Origin: a virus | Lineage: Duplodnaviria > Caudoviricetes | Length of the DNA: 64,000 nucleotides | Strand: one strand, 5' to 3' | IMG/VR virus record: IMGVR_UViG_3300043598_000004 | Span: 155-64,154 of that record | In this document: in pieces, positions 36,090 through 46,712 of the stretch | Position numbering within the stretch: the first letter of the stretch is position 1 | How the letters are laid out: the number at the start of each line of letters is the position of its first letter | Position numbers and translations under genes: made by a program | Notes under the pieces: generated by a model | Database searches by the model: none | What the model was told of the DNA's origin: nothing | Seen by the model: the letters and a program-made list of their open reading frames with translations, nothing else

Positions 36090-37717
36090 GTCAAAGTTCC
36101 TTCAGTGAGCGTGGCCACCACTGCGATTTCGTCAGCGGGGTCAATGATATGCGTGATCAACAAAACTATAAGTGACCCACTGGTGAGAGTTCCAAAGTCA
36201 TCTATTGAATCGAAACCTGCATCCCCGGTAAGCAGCAATGTAACCAGTGCGCCGCTTGTCAGCAGACCTTCGAAATCCATCTCATCAAAGCCTGCATCAC
36301 CTGAAAGCAACACGGTATTCAACGTGCCCTCTGTGAAGACACCCATGCAATCCATGCTGTCATTCCATGCAGGCGGGAAGCGCAAATCAGACACGGTAAG
36401 CACTGCGCCCATCGTCATCTCATCGATGTTCTGCAACGGATATGGACGACTCGTAACCCAACACTCGATTGGCGGCATGCCTTCGACGACATTGGACTTG
36501 ACCACCACTGCGGCCTTGGCACCCTTGCCACTGTCGGTGACATGCAGGATTTCAAACGAGTCCTGATCGAAGCGTGACGGCACGATGAAGGAGATGCGAT
36601 CGATCTCGCGCTTCAGGATCGGCGGCATGTCGGATGCCAGAGTGAAGCGTTCCGCGACCTGGTTGTATGGCGCAACGTCGTTCAGGACAGGCTCGATGCC
36701 GATGATGTCTCGATAGATCGTCGGCCTGCCGTCTTTGAAGACCACAGAGATGATTCGGCGAGCTTCCTGAGGGTCAGGCATGTACGCATTGAATCCGTTC
36801 ACCACAGCGTCGAATATGTCGCCGCTCAGGTCATCGAGAGGGATGATGTCTCGCGTGAAGCTCGGTACATAGAAGCGACGGACCTTGCCCCTGGCCTGAT
36901 ACAGGAAAGATCGAAACCTGCCGATCTCCGCATGCCCGTACATCGTCAAGGCGAGCGACGTGCTGATCTGCGCTCGGTTGCCGGGGTCGGTCACTTCAAC
37001 CACGCCGGCATCCATGTCCAGGATATAGGCGCTGCGTTCGTAGCTGAATTCGATCTCGGTGGCGCGATCGGGAACGAATCTCCACAGCGGCGAACAGTAG
37101 CCCCACGATGCCGTGAAACGCGAGTCCGCATCGCTCAAGCTGAATCGAATCTGCGCCTTGCCCACGCGATCGCTTGCGTTGCCCAAGGACATCGGGTCCA
37201 GGATGCGGGCCACACGCAACGGCGTGATGCGTGAGCCCACGGGCCACGTGCCAACGTCATCGAGTGACCCGAGCGTGATCCTGTCGTTGCCCGTGTTGAC
37301 CGTGAGCACCGTGAGCACTGCGAAGCGCTCGCCAGCGGTGATGAGCACCAGGTCATCGACATGGAACTCTCGATGTACCAACGTGCTCGTGGGGAACTGC
37401 ACATAGGCGCCGGGCTCGCCGAGCTTGAATTGATCGTGCCACAGGGGCACAAGAAACTTGTTGCGCCCCATGCCTGCGGCGAAGAGATCGATACGTGAAC
37501 GTTCGCTGTCGGCACGCAAAAAGGATACTTCGAACGAACGTCGTGGAAACCTGCGTGAGGCCCGACGTTGCTCGACGGCTTGCTCACTGGACATCAGGTC
37601 CGTCTTGAACTCAAGCCGTTCAAGGATGCCGTCTTTCCAGTTAGGGCTCAGCGTGAAGACGCGCAGCGACCTGTTTGGATCAGCGGGAGCCGTCGCCGGC
37701 CAGGACCAGGTTGCCAT
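36086..37717 (-). CDS. Distal tail-like protein
   Basis: First gene after tape measure; PNWKDGI.ERLEF.TD, EQRR..R..PRRSFE. Confidence 0.72.
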   Translation of the reverse strand: MATWSWPATAPADPNRSLRVFTLSPNWKDGILERLEFKTDLMSSEQAVEQRRASRRFPRRSFEVSFLRADSERSRIDLFAAGMGRNKFLVPLWHDQFKLGEPGAYVQFPTSTLVHREFHVDDLVLITAGERFAVLTVLTVNTGNDRITLGSLDDVGTWPVGSRITPLRVARILDPMSLGNASDRVGKAQIRFSLSDADSRFTASWGYCSPLWRFVPDRATEIEFSYERSAYILDMDAGVVEVTDPGNRAQISTSLALTMYGHAEIGRFRSFLYQARGKVRRFYVPSFTRDIIPLDDLSGDIFDAVVNGFNAYMPDPQEARRIISVVFKDGRPTIYRDIIGIEPVLNDVAPYNQVAERFTLASDMPPILKREIDRISFIVPSRFDQDSFEILHVTDSGKGAKAAVVVKSNVVEGMPPIECWVTSRPYPLQNIDEMTMGAVLTVSDLRFPPAWNDSMDCMGVFTEGTLNTVLLSGDAGFDEMDFEGLLTSGALVTLLLTGDAGFDSIDDFGTLTSGSLIVLLITHIIDPADEIAVVATLTEGTLT

Positions 37718-37721
37718 GTCG

Positions 37722-40700
37722 TTACTTCATCATTTGCTTGACCGAGGCACGATTGCGTTTCAGCATGACCAATTGTGCCCGCTCACCTTCAGCTGACATC
37801 ATGGCTTCAGGAACGCCAGCGCGATCATCCACGAGAACAAAACGGTTGTCGGGGATGTCGACATTCATCTTGCGACCACCGTTCAGCACGTTGTCTGGAT
37901 TGTTGCGATCAAGAACCTCTTCACCCTTTTGCAGGATCGTCGGCACTTCATTGCTTTTGAGTCCAGGCAAACCTCCCTCGTGGAAGCGCGGAGCATTGGC
38001 GAAGAGAGACATATCGACTTTGCGATACGTGCCAGTGCTGCGACCCACCACGCCGCCGCTGTGCTGCGTAGAAACTCTGCCGCCCGCTGCAACCGCGGCC
38101 TGGCCCAATACACCACCGCTGCTTGCGATGGCATTGAGAATAAGTTGCTTGGCGATAGCCTTGCTGATCTCAAACAGGAAGCTCGCAACGAAGCTCACCA
38201 CCGTGCCACCGAGTTGCCTGAATGCATCGCCGGCAGACTTCGCATTGGTTGCGATGTCCGTAAGTGATTGAGCCAACGCGTTGAAGCTCTGATCGATGCC
38301 AGATGTCATGAAGTTGCTGAGAGTCTTGCCCATCAGATCGAGTTCAGGCAATGCGTTCGCGGTCTGAGTGCGCAGCAATTGCACGCGAGCAATCTGCGCA
38401 TCGAGCGCTGCGATCTGTTCAACATTCAATGTGTTGTTGAGAATCCCTTCAGCCCTTTGAACTTCGAGCCTGGCTTGCATCACTTGAGTCAATTCGAGAA
38501 TCTTCGCCTTGTACTCATCGGCGTTGTCATTGACCCGCTTCGCGTAGTCGTCTTCGCTGATCACACGCAATTCGAGTTGAGCCTTGAAGATAGCTTCAGC
38601 TGCAGTGCGCTTGGCCACCAGGGAGTTGATTTCGTCTTCCTGTGCCTTGTTTAGAGCCTCATCAGCCTTGCGTGGGCTCGCCACAGCTGCGGCCGTCGCG
38701 GTCGTGGTCTTCGTTTTGATCTCGGCTTGATCGGTGAGCGACAGCAAGCCTTTCTTCGCATCGACAACACCATCGGCAAATCGTTGAAGGTTGTCCGCAG
38801 CCTTGGTGATCGCGCCATCGGCAACGCGATTGATCTCTGCGGTGTTCTTCAGAAAGTCCTCTTGCGAAGTCAAGCCAGCGTCGTACTTGATCTTCTCTTG
38901 TTCAAGACCGGCCTGGCGCAATTTGGTTTGATCTTCGAGTTCCTTTTCGAGCCGCTTGACTTCTTCGAGCGTGACCTTTTGCTCTTCGACTGATTGCAAT
39001 TGCTTGATATAGATATCAAGCTTTGCAGAGGCCGCAACAGCTGCATCCTTGTCCAGGGTGCTCAACGTGGCGATCGACTTCTTCAGCTTGTCATAGGAGT
39101 GCGCGATAGCATCCAAGCGGGTCTTCTTCCGCTCATCGAAGGTCGCGTTCTGGTCAAGCTTCACTTCGGCCTTTGCAAGGTCGTCCTGAATCTTCAGCAA
39201 GGCATTCTTGACTTCTTCCTTGACCGTGACTTCTTTCTTGGCTGCAGAGGCGCCGCTCTTCTCGTGCTCCGTGTTGTAGCGAATCTGATCGGCCAATAGT
39301 GCTTGCTTTTCCTGAGCATCAACTTGCTTCAGCAGTTCGGACTTCTTCGTCGCGTCCTTGATATCTTTGTTGATGCCTTCACGCGTGAGATTGAAGCCTT
39401 CTTTGATGATGTCGGCCCTGTCGCCGAGTTCGTCCTTGGCTGCACGCTTGCGAGCGGACTTGAGTTCCTTGTCGGCCTTCTCTTGATCCTTTTTCAGCTT
39501 CTCCTGCGTACGCTTAAAAACTGCCTCTTCGTTGCTGAAGCCACCGCCAGGATCAGGCGTGAGCCCTTCGGTCGGCATGCCAACGTTGTCGAGCTTCTTT
39601 CGATTGACCGTGCCGCTTGCTGCGCCTGCCACTGCACCGAATGTCCGGGCCGATTCCGCCCTGGACTTTTCCAAGTGGTCGAAGGCTTTGGTGACAAGCT
39701 CGATACCCTTCAACAGGCTGTACATGAAGGGAATCATCATCGCCGCCCGCTTCAAGCGACCAATGAACGTGTCAATGCCATCGGCACCCCTGGTGGCACT
39801 ATCACCAACGGCAACCAGGCTGAAGCCCATAGCAGTCAGCAGTCCCGTCAATTGAGTGGTCAGTGCGATCAACGGCCCGAGAGTTTCGATCAGCAACACG
39901 ATGCCTCGATAAGCCACAAACAACCAGCGACCAACCGTCAAGCCAATGAGCAACGCGAAACCTATCTTGATTTCCTCAAGATGATCAATCAGGAAACCGA
40001 TGACATCGACAACAGCTTGGAACGCCGTGGCCAGGTCCTTCGCGAGCTTGGTCCCTTGTTCGCTGGCCAGGAATGCCGTGATCTTGTTGAGTAGCTCCGT
40101 CCAGGCGTCGGCGAATCCACTGCGGGCAATCAAATCCTGAAAGCGCAATGTCTCGTTGGCGAAGCGAGCTTGCGCAATGGCCAGGGCTTGCACTTGCATG
40201 CTCGCGCCCTGATAGTCCGTTGCCAGCGTGCGAGCGAAGTCAATGAAGGCTACTGACGCGACTTCGTTCTTCTCCATGAGCTTGCCAAGCTCTTCGGTCG
40301 TCTTGCCGATCGACTTGGCGAACAGAACAAACGCGCCTGGCAGCCTGTCGCCCAATTGGCCACGAAGCTCTTCGGCCTGGATTGAGCCCTTGGAAAAACC
40401 TTGTTCAACCGCCTTCAACACGCCTTCGAAGTCACTGGCACTGAGCCCCGCGCTGCGGCCGGCGATCGCCAATTGCTCGAAGATGAATCGCGTTTGATCG
40501 ACAGTCAGGCCCGTCGCCTTCGCAGCAATCGCGAACTTCGCATAGGCAGGCGCAGCCTCGCGCAACGAGATGCCAATCCTGTCAGCTGCAGCTGAGAGGT
40601 AGGTGAACTCCGCAGCTGCTTTCTGTGCATCGCCGCCTGAAGCGATCGTCAGCTGCGATTGAATCTTGTTGATGGTGTTGAACGAATCCAGGGCACTCTT

Positions 40701-42224
40701 GCCGAGATCGATCGCACCTTGCAAGCCGACGTACGCCGCTGCCAGGGCAAGCAGTTCGCCCTTCAGGCGTTGCGTCATCGAGAGCGTGGTCCGGCCACCT
40801 TCGAAGAATTTGAACGTACTCTTGCCTGCGCCTTCAGCTGCAGCACCATACTTTTTATAAGCACTTTCCAACGTGCCGATTGCGCCCACCGCTCGATTCG
40901 TCTGATCAATCAGCCGCGTCTCTGCAGCTGCCAGGTTGTTCGTGTCAACGCCTGCAGCTTTCAAGGACGCCTGCAGGTCCCTGGTGATCGTCGATTGTTG
41001 TGCCAGTCCGGCAGCTGCGGATTTCAGCGTTGCTTGTGCCGTCGCGAGTTGCCTGCCGAGTTCGGCCGCATCGCCACCACCGGCACGCATCGCCGTGGTC
41101 AATGTCCGCAATGCGACTTGAGCCTGAGCGTACGCGGCCGACGATTCTTTCAGGACGGCTTGCTGGCGCTTGAAGGCGTCGATTTGAGCCGCGATGCCCT
41201 CTGCCCCCTTCATCGAGGCGTTCAGAGCCGCCATCGTTGTTCTAAGGTCTTTGACAGGCCCATTGATGGCGTTGACCTGAGATACCAGTCTGTCGAGCCC
41301 CGATGTCAGGCCATCGAGTGAACCATTCGCGGCCTTGGCAGGGTCGATGATCGCCGCCAGCTGCGCCGCGAGATCACCACCTTTGACGGATGCCACCGAT
41401 CGCGCCAGCGTGACATAACCCTTTGCTGCCGCGTCGGCCTGGTCGGCGGACTTGCGCATCGAGGCGTTCAATGCGTCCTGTGCATTGCGAGCATCGAGGT
41501 TGGCCTTGGCAACGTTCAGGACGTTGCGAGCGTTCTTCTCTTGGGCATCGGTCGCGGCCTTGGCTGCATCAGTGATGACCTTTTGCGCAGCTGCGTCCTC
41601 CTGAGCCCACTTGAGTTTTTGAGCAGCAACGCGTTCTTCAGTCGCAGCGAATGCACGAATATCCGCTTCGATCGTGCTTAAGGCTTGCTCCTGACGTTCA
41701 AGTGCAGCATTTCCCACAGCAACGCCATTAGCCATGCGCTGTTGCGCACTCGCCAATTGGTCTGCAGCAATTCCATTTTCTTTAAGAGACGCGCCTGTTC
41801 GGTCGAGCCTATTTTGCGCTTGGGTCTGTGCCTTGTCGGCTTGCGTGACAGCCGATGCAAGGGAGCGTACTGCTTTGGCTTGAGCCTCAGTCTTCTTCTC
41901 GATGCCTTCGAGTGACTTGGCATATTCAAGCTGCTTGGTGCGAGCCTCATCAGCTGCACGCTTGGCTTCATCGAGAGCTTTGGCTTGTTCCTCGTAGAGC
42001 TTGACCAGAGCGCTTTGCTTGATCAGCTTTTCAACAGCGCTCTCGATTTTCTTGTAGCTGGCTTCGAGTTCGCGAGCGGATGATTCACCGCGCTTGGCTG
42101 CACCGAGTTGCGCGTCCTGAGCCTTGGTAAGGTTGTCGAGTGCCTTGGTTACCTCGTCCAGGGTCTTCGTGCTGTAGTCCCTGGCCCTTACTCGTAGCTC
42201 AACGTCTTTCGAATCAGTTGCCAT
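37722..42224 (-). CDS. Tape measure protein
   Basis: 1500 aa Ala-rich helical; SKGSIQAEELRGQLGDRLPGA; FHEGG. Confidence 0.93.
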   Translation of the reverse strand: MATDSKDVELRVRARDYSTKTLDEVTKALDNLTKAQDAQLGAAKRGESSARELEASYKKIESAVEKLIKQSALVKLYEEQAKALDEAKRAADEARTKQLEYAKSLEGIEKKTEAQAKAVRSLASAVTQADKAQTQAQNRLDRTGASLKENGIAADQLASAQQRMANGVAVGNAALERQEQALSTIEADIRAFAATEERVAAQKLKWAQEDAAAQKVITDAAKAATDAQEKNARNVLNVAKANLDARNAQDALNASMRKSADQADAAAKGYVTLARSVASVKGGDLAAQLAAIIDPAKAANGSLDGLTSGLDRLVSQVNAINGPVKDLRTTMAALNASMKGAEGIAAQIDAFKRQQAVLKESSAAYAQAQVALRTLTTAMRAGGGDAAELGRQLATAQATLKSAAAGLAQQSTITRDLQASLKAAGVDTNNLAAAETRLIDQTNRAVGAIGTLESAYKKYGAAAEGAGKSTFKFFEGGRTTLSMTQRLKGELLALAAAYVGLQGAIDLGKSALDSFNTINKIQSQLTIASGGDAQKAAAEFTYLSAAADRIGISLREAAPAYAKFAIAAKATGLTVDQTRFIFEQLAIAGRSAGLSASDFEGVLKAVEQGFSKGSIQAEELRGQLGDRLPGAFVLFAKSIGKTTEELGKLMEKNEVASVAFIDFARTLATDYQGASMQVQALAIAQARFANETLRFQDLIARSGFADAWTELLNKITAFLASEQGTKLAKDLATAFQAVVDVIGFLIDHLEEIKIGFALLIGLTVGRWLFVAYRGIVLLIETLGPLIALTTQLTGLLTAMGFSLVAVGDSATRGADGIDTFIGRLKRAAMMIPFMYSLLKGIELVTKAFDHLEKSRAESARTFGAVAGAASGTVNRKKLDNVGMPTEGLTPDPGGGFSNEEAVFKRTQEKLKKDQEKADKELKSARKRAAKDELGDRADIIKEGFNLTREGINKDIKDATKKSELLKQVDAQEKQALLADQIRYNTEHEKSGASAAKKEVTVKEEVKNALLKIQDDLAKAEVKLDQNATFDERKKTRLDAIAHSYDKLKKSIATLSTLDKDAAVAASAKLDIYIKQLQSVEEQKVTLEEVKRLEKELEDQTKLRQAGLEQEKIKYDAGLTSQEDFLKNTAEINRVADGAITKAADNLQRFADGVVDAKKGLLSLTDQAEIKTKTTTATAAAVASPRKADEALNKAQEDEINSLVAKRTAAEAIFKAQLELRVISEDDYAKRVNDNADEYKAKILELTQVMQARLEVQRAEGILNNTLNVEQIAALDAQIARVQLLRTQTANALPELDLMGKTLSNFMTSGIDQSFNALAQSLTDIATNAKSAGDAFRQLGGTVVSFVASFLFEISKAIAKQLILNAIASSGGVLGQAAVAAGGRVSTQHSGGVVGRSTGTYRKVDMSLFANAPRFHEGGLPGLKSNEVPTILQKGEEVLDRNNPDNVLNGGRKMNVDIPDNRFVLVDDRAGVPEAMMSAEGERAQLVMLKRNRASVKQMMK

Positions 42225-42546
42225 CTCGCATTGCCTTCAACTGTTTGTTTAAATTCGTCACCCCTTTGCCCTTGGGTGACATGATGGCAACCATCGCCGA
42301 ATGCATCAATGTTACTTCGGTGGCGATGCGCTGATTAATCCTTTCACGAATGATCTGCGCTTCATACCAAACCTTCGCCAGCGCATAACGATTTGCATAT
42401 CGATGCCCTTCGCTCAGCAAGAGACTGACAGCCACTCGCAAGTTGCGATAGAACAGTTCCGCCCGCGTTAGGTGCGAGAGCCTGTCATCGTCTGGTTGGG
42501 GGCGACCATCCTGACTAGTTCGCTCAAGCTCTCGAACAATTTTTTT
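42214..42546 (-). CDS. Tail assembly chaperone GT extension (-1 frameshift)
   Basis: A7 run (plus 42540-42546) in CCA AAA AAA TTG; -1 frame open into the 42214..42441 ORF. Confidence 0.72.
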   Translation of the reverse strand, partial: KKIVRELERTSQDGRPQPDDDRLSHLTRAELFYRNLRVAVSLLLSEGHRYANRYALAKVWYEAQIIRERINQRIATEVTLMHSAMVAIMSPKGKGVTNLNKQLKAMRDGN

Positions 42547-42902
42547 GGCCCGCCTGCCTCCGCAAACGTGAGCCGCCCGATGACCTTCAACGCAGCCACT
42601 TGCGTAGGCATGCTTAGGGCTCGCGCCTTGTCGACGACATCAGGCTCATCCGAGGCAATTGCAATCAGGTTCCCGACCAGTCCGGGTGCTTCCTTGGCCA
42701 ATGCGATCGTGTACTGAGCAAACGCAGCCACGGCCGCATCACCTTTGATTCCGGCCGAATAAATGGCGATCAGCTTGTCCAGGTCCTGTGCATGGTTCTG
42801 CATCAGTAGCGAGATGTCATCCAAAGAAAGGCCCCTTACGATGAAGGAGCCTCCTGTGAAAGCGACTTCTTCGCGTTGCGGCGAATAGTCAGCTAATGGC
42901 AT
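42468..42902 (-). CDS. Tail assembly chaperone (G-like)
   Basis: Between major tail and tape measure genes; VRGLSLDD, AGGPKK. Confidence 0.82.
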   Translation of the reverse strand: MPLADYSPQREEVAFTGGSFIVRGLSLDDISLLMQNHAQDLDKLIAIYSAGIKGDAAVAAFAQYTIALAKEAPGLVGNLIAIASDEPDVVDKARALSMPTQVAALKVIGRLTFAEAGGPKKLFESLSELVRMVAPNQTMTGSRT

Positions 42903-43675
42903 TACACAGTCCGGCGTTCAGCATAGACGCGCTCGGTCGTGGCATCGAGTTTCAGCACTTCGAACGAGAACGGAATCTGCATCCATTCGTCGCTCTTCAG
43001 TGCGAAGTCGCCATTGGCCGACAGCTTGACGTAGGGCCAGAAGTAGTCGGTCTGCGATCCCACGGGATTCGCCGAGATGAAGCGCAGCGCACCGCGCACT
43101 TCGGTCCCGCTGCCAATAATTTGGGTACGAGTGCTGCCGGCGATGTTGTACGTGAAGATCACTGGATCGGTATCATCGATGTCGGGGGAATCCAGTTCGA
43201 TATAGACGCGGCCCAAGTCGAGATCAGCTTCGTAGTTGTTCGGCTGCGCGATCGTGACGACACCCACCTTTACAACCAGGGTCGTGATGTCGCGGGCGCC
43301 TGTCGGGTTGGCTTCGTTGACACCGAGTTGCACGTAGCGGCCCCTGACGTTAGCGACCGTTTCTGTCAGGGCCGTCGCCGGGGCGATCACGACTTCGCCA
43401 ACAGCGCCGCCGAAGAACATGGCGACGTTCTCAGGCGAGATGTGATCGGTGACCAGGGTGCCGGTGATGTTCTTTTCGATCGTGACCGATTCATCCTTGA
43501 CGTTCAATCCCGAGTCCGCATCGAAGTGATCGAGCGTGCTTTCGTCGGATGACGTAGAGAGTTCTGGCGTATTGCCAAGGTAGCGCTCGGGTCCTGCGAT
43601 TTTGGTGCCTTCAGCGAAGGCCGCAAAATAGACGCGACCCTTACCAACAACGTAGTCTTTGCCTTCGGTTGCCAT
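42902..43675 (-). CDS. Major tail (tube) protein
   Basis: YVVGKGRVYF, RYLGNTPEL, GDFALKSDEW; synteny. Confidence 0.85.
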   Translation of the reverse strand: MATEGKDYVVGKGRVYFAAFAEGTKIAGPERYLGNTPELSTSSDESTLDHFDADSGLNVKDESVTIEKNITGTLVTDHISPENVAMFFGGAVGEVVIAPATALTETVANVRGRYVQLGVNEANPTGARDITTLVVKVGVVTIAQPNNYEADLDLGRVYIELDSPDIDDTDPVIFTYNIAGSTRTQIIGSGTEVRGALRFISANPVGSQTDYFWPYVKLSANGDFALKSDEWMQIPFSFEVLKLDATTERVYAERRTV

Positions 43676-43716
43676 GTTGATTTCCTCAGAGGTTGAAACG
43701 ATTTACAAGTGAAGCG

Positions 43717-44256
43717 TCACGGTGAGACTTGAGTGTACGGCTCACCAATCAGCGTCGCGATTCCAACCCGCAGGGGTAGGAAGAAGAAGGCGGCAGCTGA
43801 CGACTTGTCGTCTGCCTGCCTTATCACTGGCGCGAAGATTTCCACGCTCGTGATGAGTTTGCCAAGCAAGTAGTTATCGGGATACTTCGGCAGTCCTGAG
43901 TTCGACTTGACGGCATTGATTCGACTTAAGAGCACTTCGGTCGCGGCATAAAAATAGTACGCCTGATCAGTCGCATGAACCTCTTCCACGCCAGCTTCGC
44001 ATATGCCTTGGATCAGCAGTGTCCAACCATACTTCGTATAGCGATTCTCTTCAGCTCCAAACGTCGAGATGTCCGATGCAGGCGATTCCATGATCGAGAT
44101 GATCGGCCAAGGCTTGCTCTCATCACCGAGCAAATTGCGGCCACGAAACACAGCACCAGCTGTCTTGAAGGTCTGATCATCGTACTCGTACTCAACGCCT
44201 TCAAGCAACGCTGTCAGACGCTCCAGAATCAACAGGCGAGTTGGTATTTGGCTCAT
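43717..44256 (-). CDS. Putative tail terminator
   Basis: Immediately before major tail gene; VFRGR. Confidence 0.65.
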   Translation of the reverse strand: MSQIPTRLLILERLTALLEGVEYEYDDQTFKTAGAVFRGRNLLGDESKPWPIISIMESPASDISTFGAEENRYTKYGWTLLIQGICEAGVEEVHATDQAYYFYAATEVLLSRINAVKSNSGLPKYPDNYLLGKLITSVEIFAPVIRQADDKSSAAAFFFLPLRVGIATLIGEPYTQVSP

Positions 44257-44879
44257 GAGAGTCGTTCGAACTGTCGAAGGAATTCCACCGACACGAGTTT
44301 GAGAACTGTGGGGCCAGTGTCTTCAGCTACGTCCCTGAATACCTGGTCAACCGATGGACCATAGAGCAACGCGACGGTATGTGCTTGGTTCAACCAGGCT
44401 TGGTGCGCCGTTTTCTTGCCCTTCAAACTATCACCTGGACGTACCCTCACAGCCAAGCCGATGTTGAAGTTGTCTTCGGTGATGCTCTTCGCACCGGCCT
44501 TCAGGCGAACCAACCATGCGTTACGCAGGTAGGTCGCCCCGCCATTGCGTACCGTGACCTTCACAGTGCGCCCGCGTGCCGAACCGAGGGGTGTACCAGG
44601 GGCAACGAATCTTGCGAGGCTGGTGGCCCGTTTGCGGCCCACGATGATGCCTTCCAAATCCTCTTCCTTGGCCAGCTTCGAAACCCGCAGGCGATCGCCG
44701 TTCAAGTAGCCCTTCGGGAAGTTGATTTCCCGGTACATCTGATCCTTGATCGCCTTCATGCCGCCGCGATTGATCACGGTGTTGATGGCCAGTCGGGCAG
44801 CACGCTTGGTCAGGTCAGGAAGATGCTTGAAATACTCGGCGGCATCCTTGACGCCTTCAATGTCAACGTACGTTGTCAT
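44253..44879 (-). CDS. Tail completion/neck protein (gpZ-like)
   Basis: Basic; LYGPSVDQVF; synteny. Confidence 0.68.
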   Translation of the reverse strand: MTTYVDIEGVKDAAEYFKHLPDLTKRAARLAINTVINRGGMKAIKDQMYREINFPKGYLNGDRLRVSKLAKEEDLEGIIVGRKRATSLARFVAPGTPLGSARGRTVKVTVRNGGATYLRNAWLVRLKAGAKSITEDNFNIGLAVRVRPGDSLKGKKTAHQAWLNQAHTVALLYGPSVDQVFRDVAEDTGPTVLKLVSVEFLRQFERLS

Positions 44880-45241
44880 GACGACACCGTTGGAACGCTG
44901 ATGTTCCAAATCTCGTTGATCGGACCTACGTCTGGTTCTTGAGAGTCCAGGACTAGAACAACACCGTTATTCAATGCATCGGTGAGCGTGACCCGCCCAC
45001 CGCGTTGCAGAACGATGCTCTTCAAGGCCAGTTCTTCTTTGTTGAAAAACACGCGATTGACACCCTCGATGATGTCGGAATATCCGTCATCACTAATGTT
45101 GCCACGCAAGGCAATGCGGTTATGCCAACGCACGGAAATCTTGGTTTCGCCACTCGCCGAGCGATGGCTATAGACAGCGTTCTCGCCGAAGGTGGAATGC
45201 ACCACGCGGCGAGCTTGAGCCATGATTTCCGTGATTGACAT
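44876..45241 (-). CDS. Head closure/head-tail joining protein (FII-like)
   Basis: ARRVVHSTFG; synteny. Confidence 0.65.
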   Translation of the reverse strand: MSITEIMAQARRVVHSTFGENAVYSHRSASGETKISVRWHNRIALRGNISDDGYSDIIEGVNRVFFNKEELALKSIVLQRGGRVTLTDALNNGVVLVLDSQEPDVGPINEIWNISVPTVSS

Positions 45242-45247
45242 TTCGCT

Positions 45248-45568
45248 TTACAGGTCGGCAGCGCTGGTCTTGGCGGCAGGCTTCGGCGTGACGTTGCCCT
45301 TCTCGGCAGCTGCGTCGGCCTTGGCCTTCTCGTCCTTGGCCTTCTCTGCAGCGGCAACGGCCTTGGCCTTTTCTTCCTCTTCGGTTGCTGCAGCTTGCTG
45401 CGCGAGCAACTTGTCTTCGATGACGATCTTGCGCAACGAGTTCGGTGACGAAGCCTCGATGTCCTTCAGTTCGTCGGCAGTGAAATCGAATTCCGTTCCG
45501 ATCTGCAGACGCTTTTGCTTGCCGTCGCGTTGAATGATGACGGACTTGACTGGGATGCGCTTGGGCAT
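45248..45568 (-). CDS. Small protein after capsid gene (lambda FI position), ends AADL
   Basis: Ala/Lys/Glu-rich C-terminus; function inferred from position only. Confidence 0.55.
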   Translation of the reverse strand: MPKRIPVKSVIIQRDGKQKRLQIGTEFDFTADELKDIEASSPNSLRKIVIEDKLLAQQAAATEEEEKAKAVAAAEKAKDEKAKADAAAEKGNVTPKPAAKTSAADL

Positions 45569-45621
45569 GATTGAATCTCCGGTGAAGTGAACGATAAGCC
45601 GCCGCAGCGGCCCGCAAAGAA

Positions 45622-46674
45622 TCAGGCTACCTTGACTGAGAACGTGGCATTCGGGTTCTTGGGAACCATCAGCGGCGCCGACTGCGAAAGCAGCATTTCA
45701 GCTGAAGGGTTCGGCTGACGCCAGTTCTTCAGGAAGTACTCCAACGGACGATAGCCCGCTTCGGCATCCATGATCGCGCCATAGCAGCGCACACCCTGGA
45801 CATCCTGCGACACACCAACCACGGTGTTCTGATCAAGGAAGTACTGAGTCGTGCCATCCTCAGCACTGATGTACTTCGAAGTGTCCACGAAGACATCGAT
45901 TGCACCTTGACCGTTCGCGCCAGCGATGCGACCCATGTACTCCTGACCACCTTGGTAGTCATCGGCGATAAGGGTCACAGCCACTTGTCGACCACCGAAT
46001 TGATTGTTCATCAATTCCTTCAGGTCAACGCGTTGCGTGAACAGTTCCCAAGCGTTTGCGCCGAAGACGTGTTTGCTGATGCGAGCCCCGCTCAGATCGT
46101 TCGCTGCCAGGCGCAAGTCCTTCAGCGTGGCCAGCGGGTCACCCGTGCTCACGTCCCACTTCGCAGCGCCCGCGAGGACGGCTGTCAGCGTTGCGTCGCG
46201 ACGGAAATCCACCAGGGTCGCCGGGTAGTCTTCGCCGGAGATCGTCACTTCACCATCGATGATCGCACGCGAAGCAAGCCACTCGTTCGTGTTCTGGAAC
46301 TTCACGCGAGCCTTGCGCAGGAGTTCCGCGATCACGGCATCGCGACGTTGAGAGATCGACAGCGATCCACCGAACGATTCGCCAGGCATGCGCGAGATGT
46401 GCATTTGCGGATTCACCACGTCGAGAATCTTGACGTAGGCCGGTGCCAGCGCAACAGCGGTGTAGCCATCGAGCTTTTGCGGACGACCTTGCATCGTCGG
46501 GATAACGAACGGCGCAAGCCCGCGATCATCGCCCTGGACCTTCTCGAAATAAATCTCGGGAGTGTCGAAGTTGATTTGACGGTTGAAGAGCGTCAGCCAG
46601 AACGGGGGCGACGGGGTTTTCTGCGTACGCATCACTGCGTCGAGTGTCAGAAGATCGTAGAGATCGAATGCCAT
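45622..46674 (-). CDS. Major capsid protein (lambda gpE family)
   Basis: LAPFV.P..QG, PAYVK, YGAIMD, QSAPLMVP. Confidence 0.92.
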   Translation of the reverse strand: MAFDLYDLLTLDAVMRTQKTPSPPFWLTLFNRQINFDTPEIYFEKVQGDDRGLAPFVIPTMQGRPQKLDGYTAVALAPAYVKILDVVNPQMHISRMPGESFGGSLSISQRRDAVIAELLRKARVKFQNTNEWLASRAIIDGEVTISGEDYPATLVDFRRDATLTAVLAGAAKWDVSTGDPLATLKDLRLAANDLSGARISKHVFGANAWELFTQRVDLKELMNNQFGGRQVAVTLIADDYQGGQEYMGRIAGANGQGAIDVFVDTSKYISAEDGTTQYFLDQNTVVGVSQDVQGVRCYGAIMDAEAGYRPLEYFLKNWRQPNPSAEMLLSQSAPLMVPKNPNATFSVKVA

Positions 46675-46712
46675 GGTTTATATCTCCGAGAGTTGAGGGT
46701 GCTTATCCGAAC

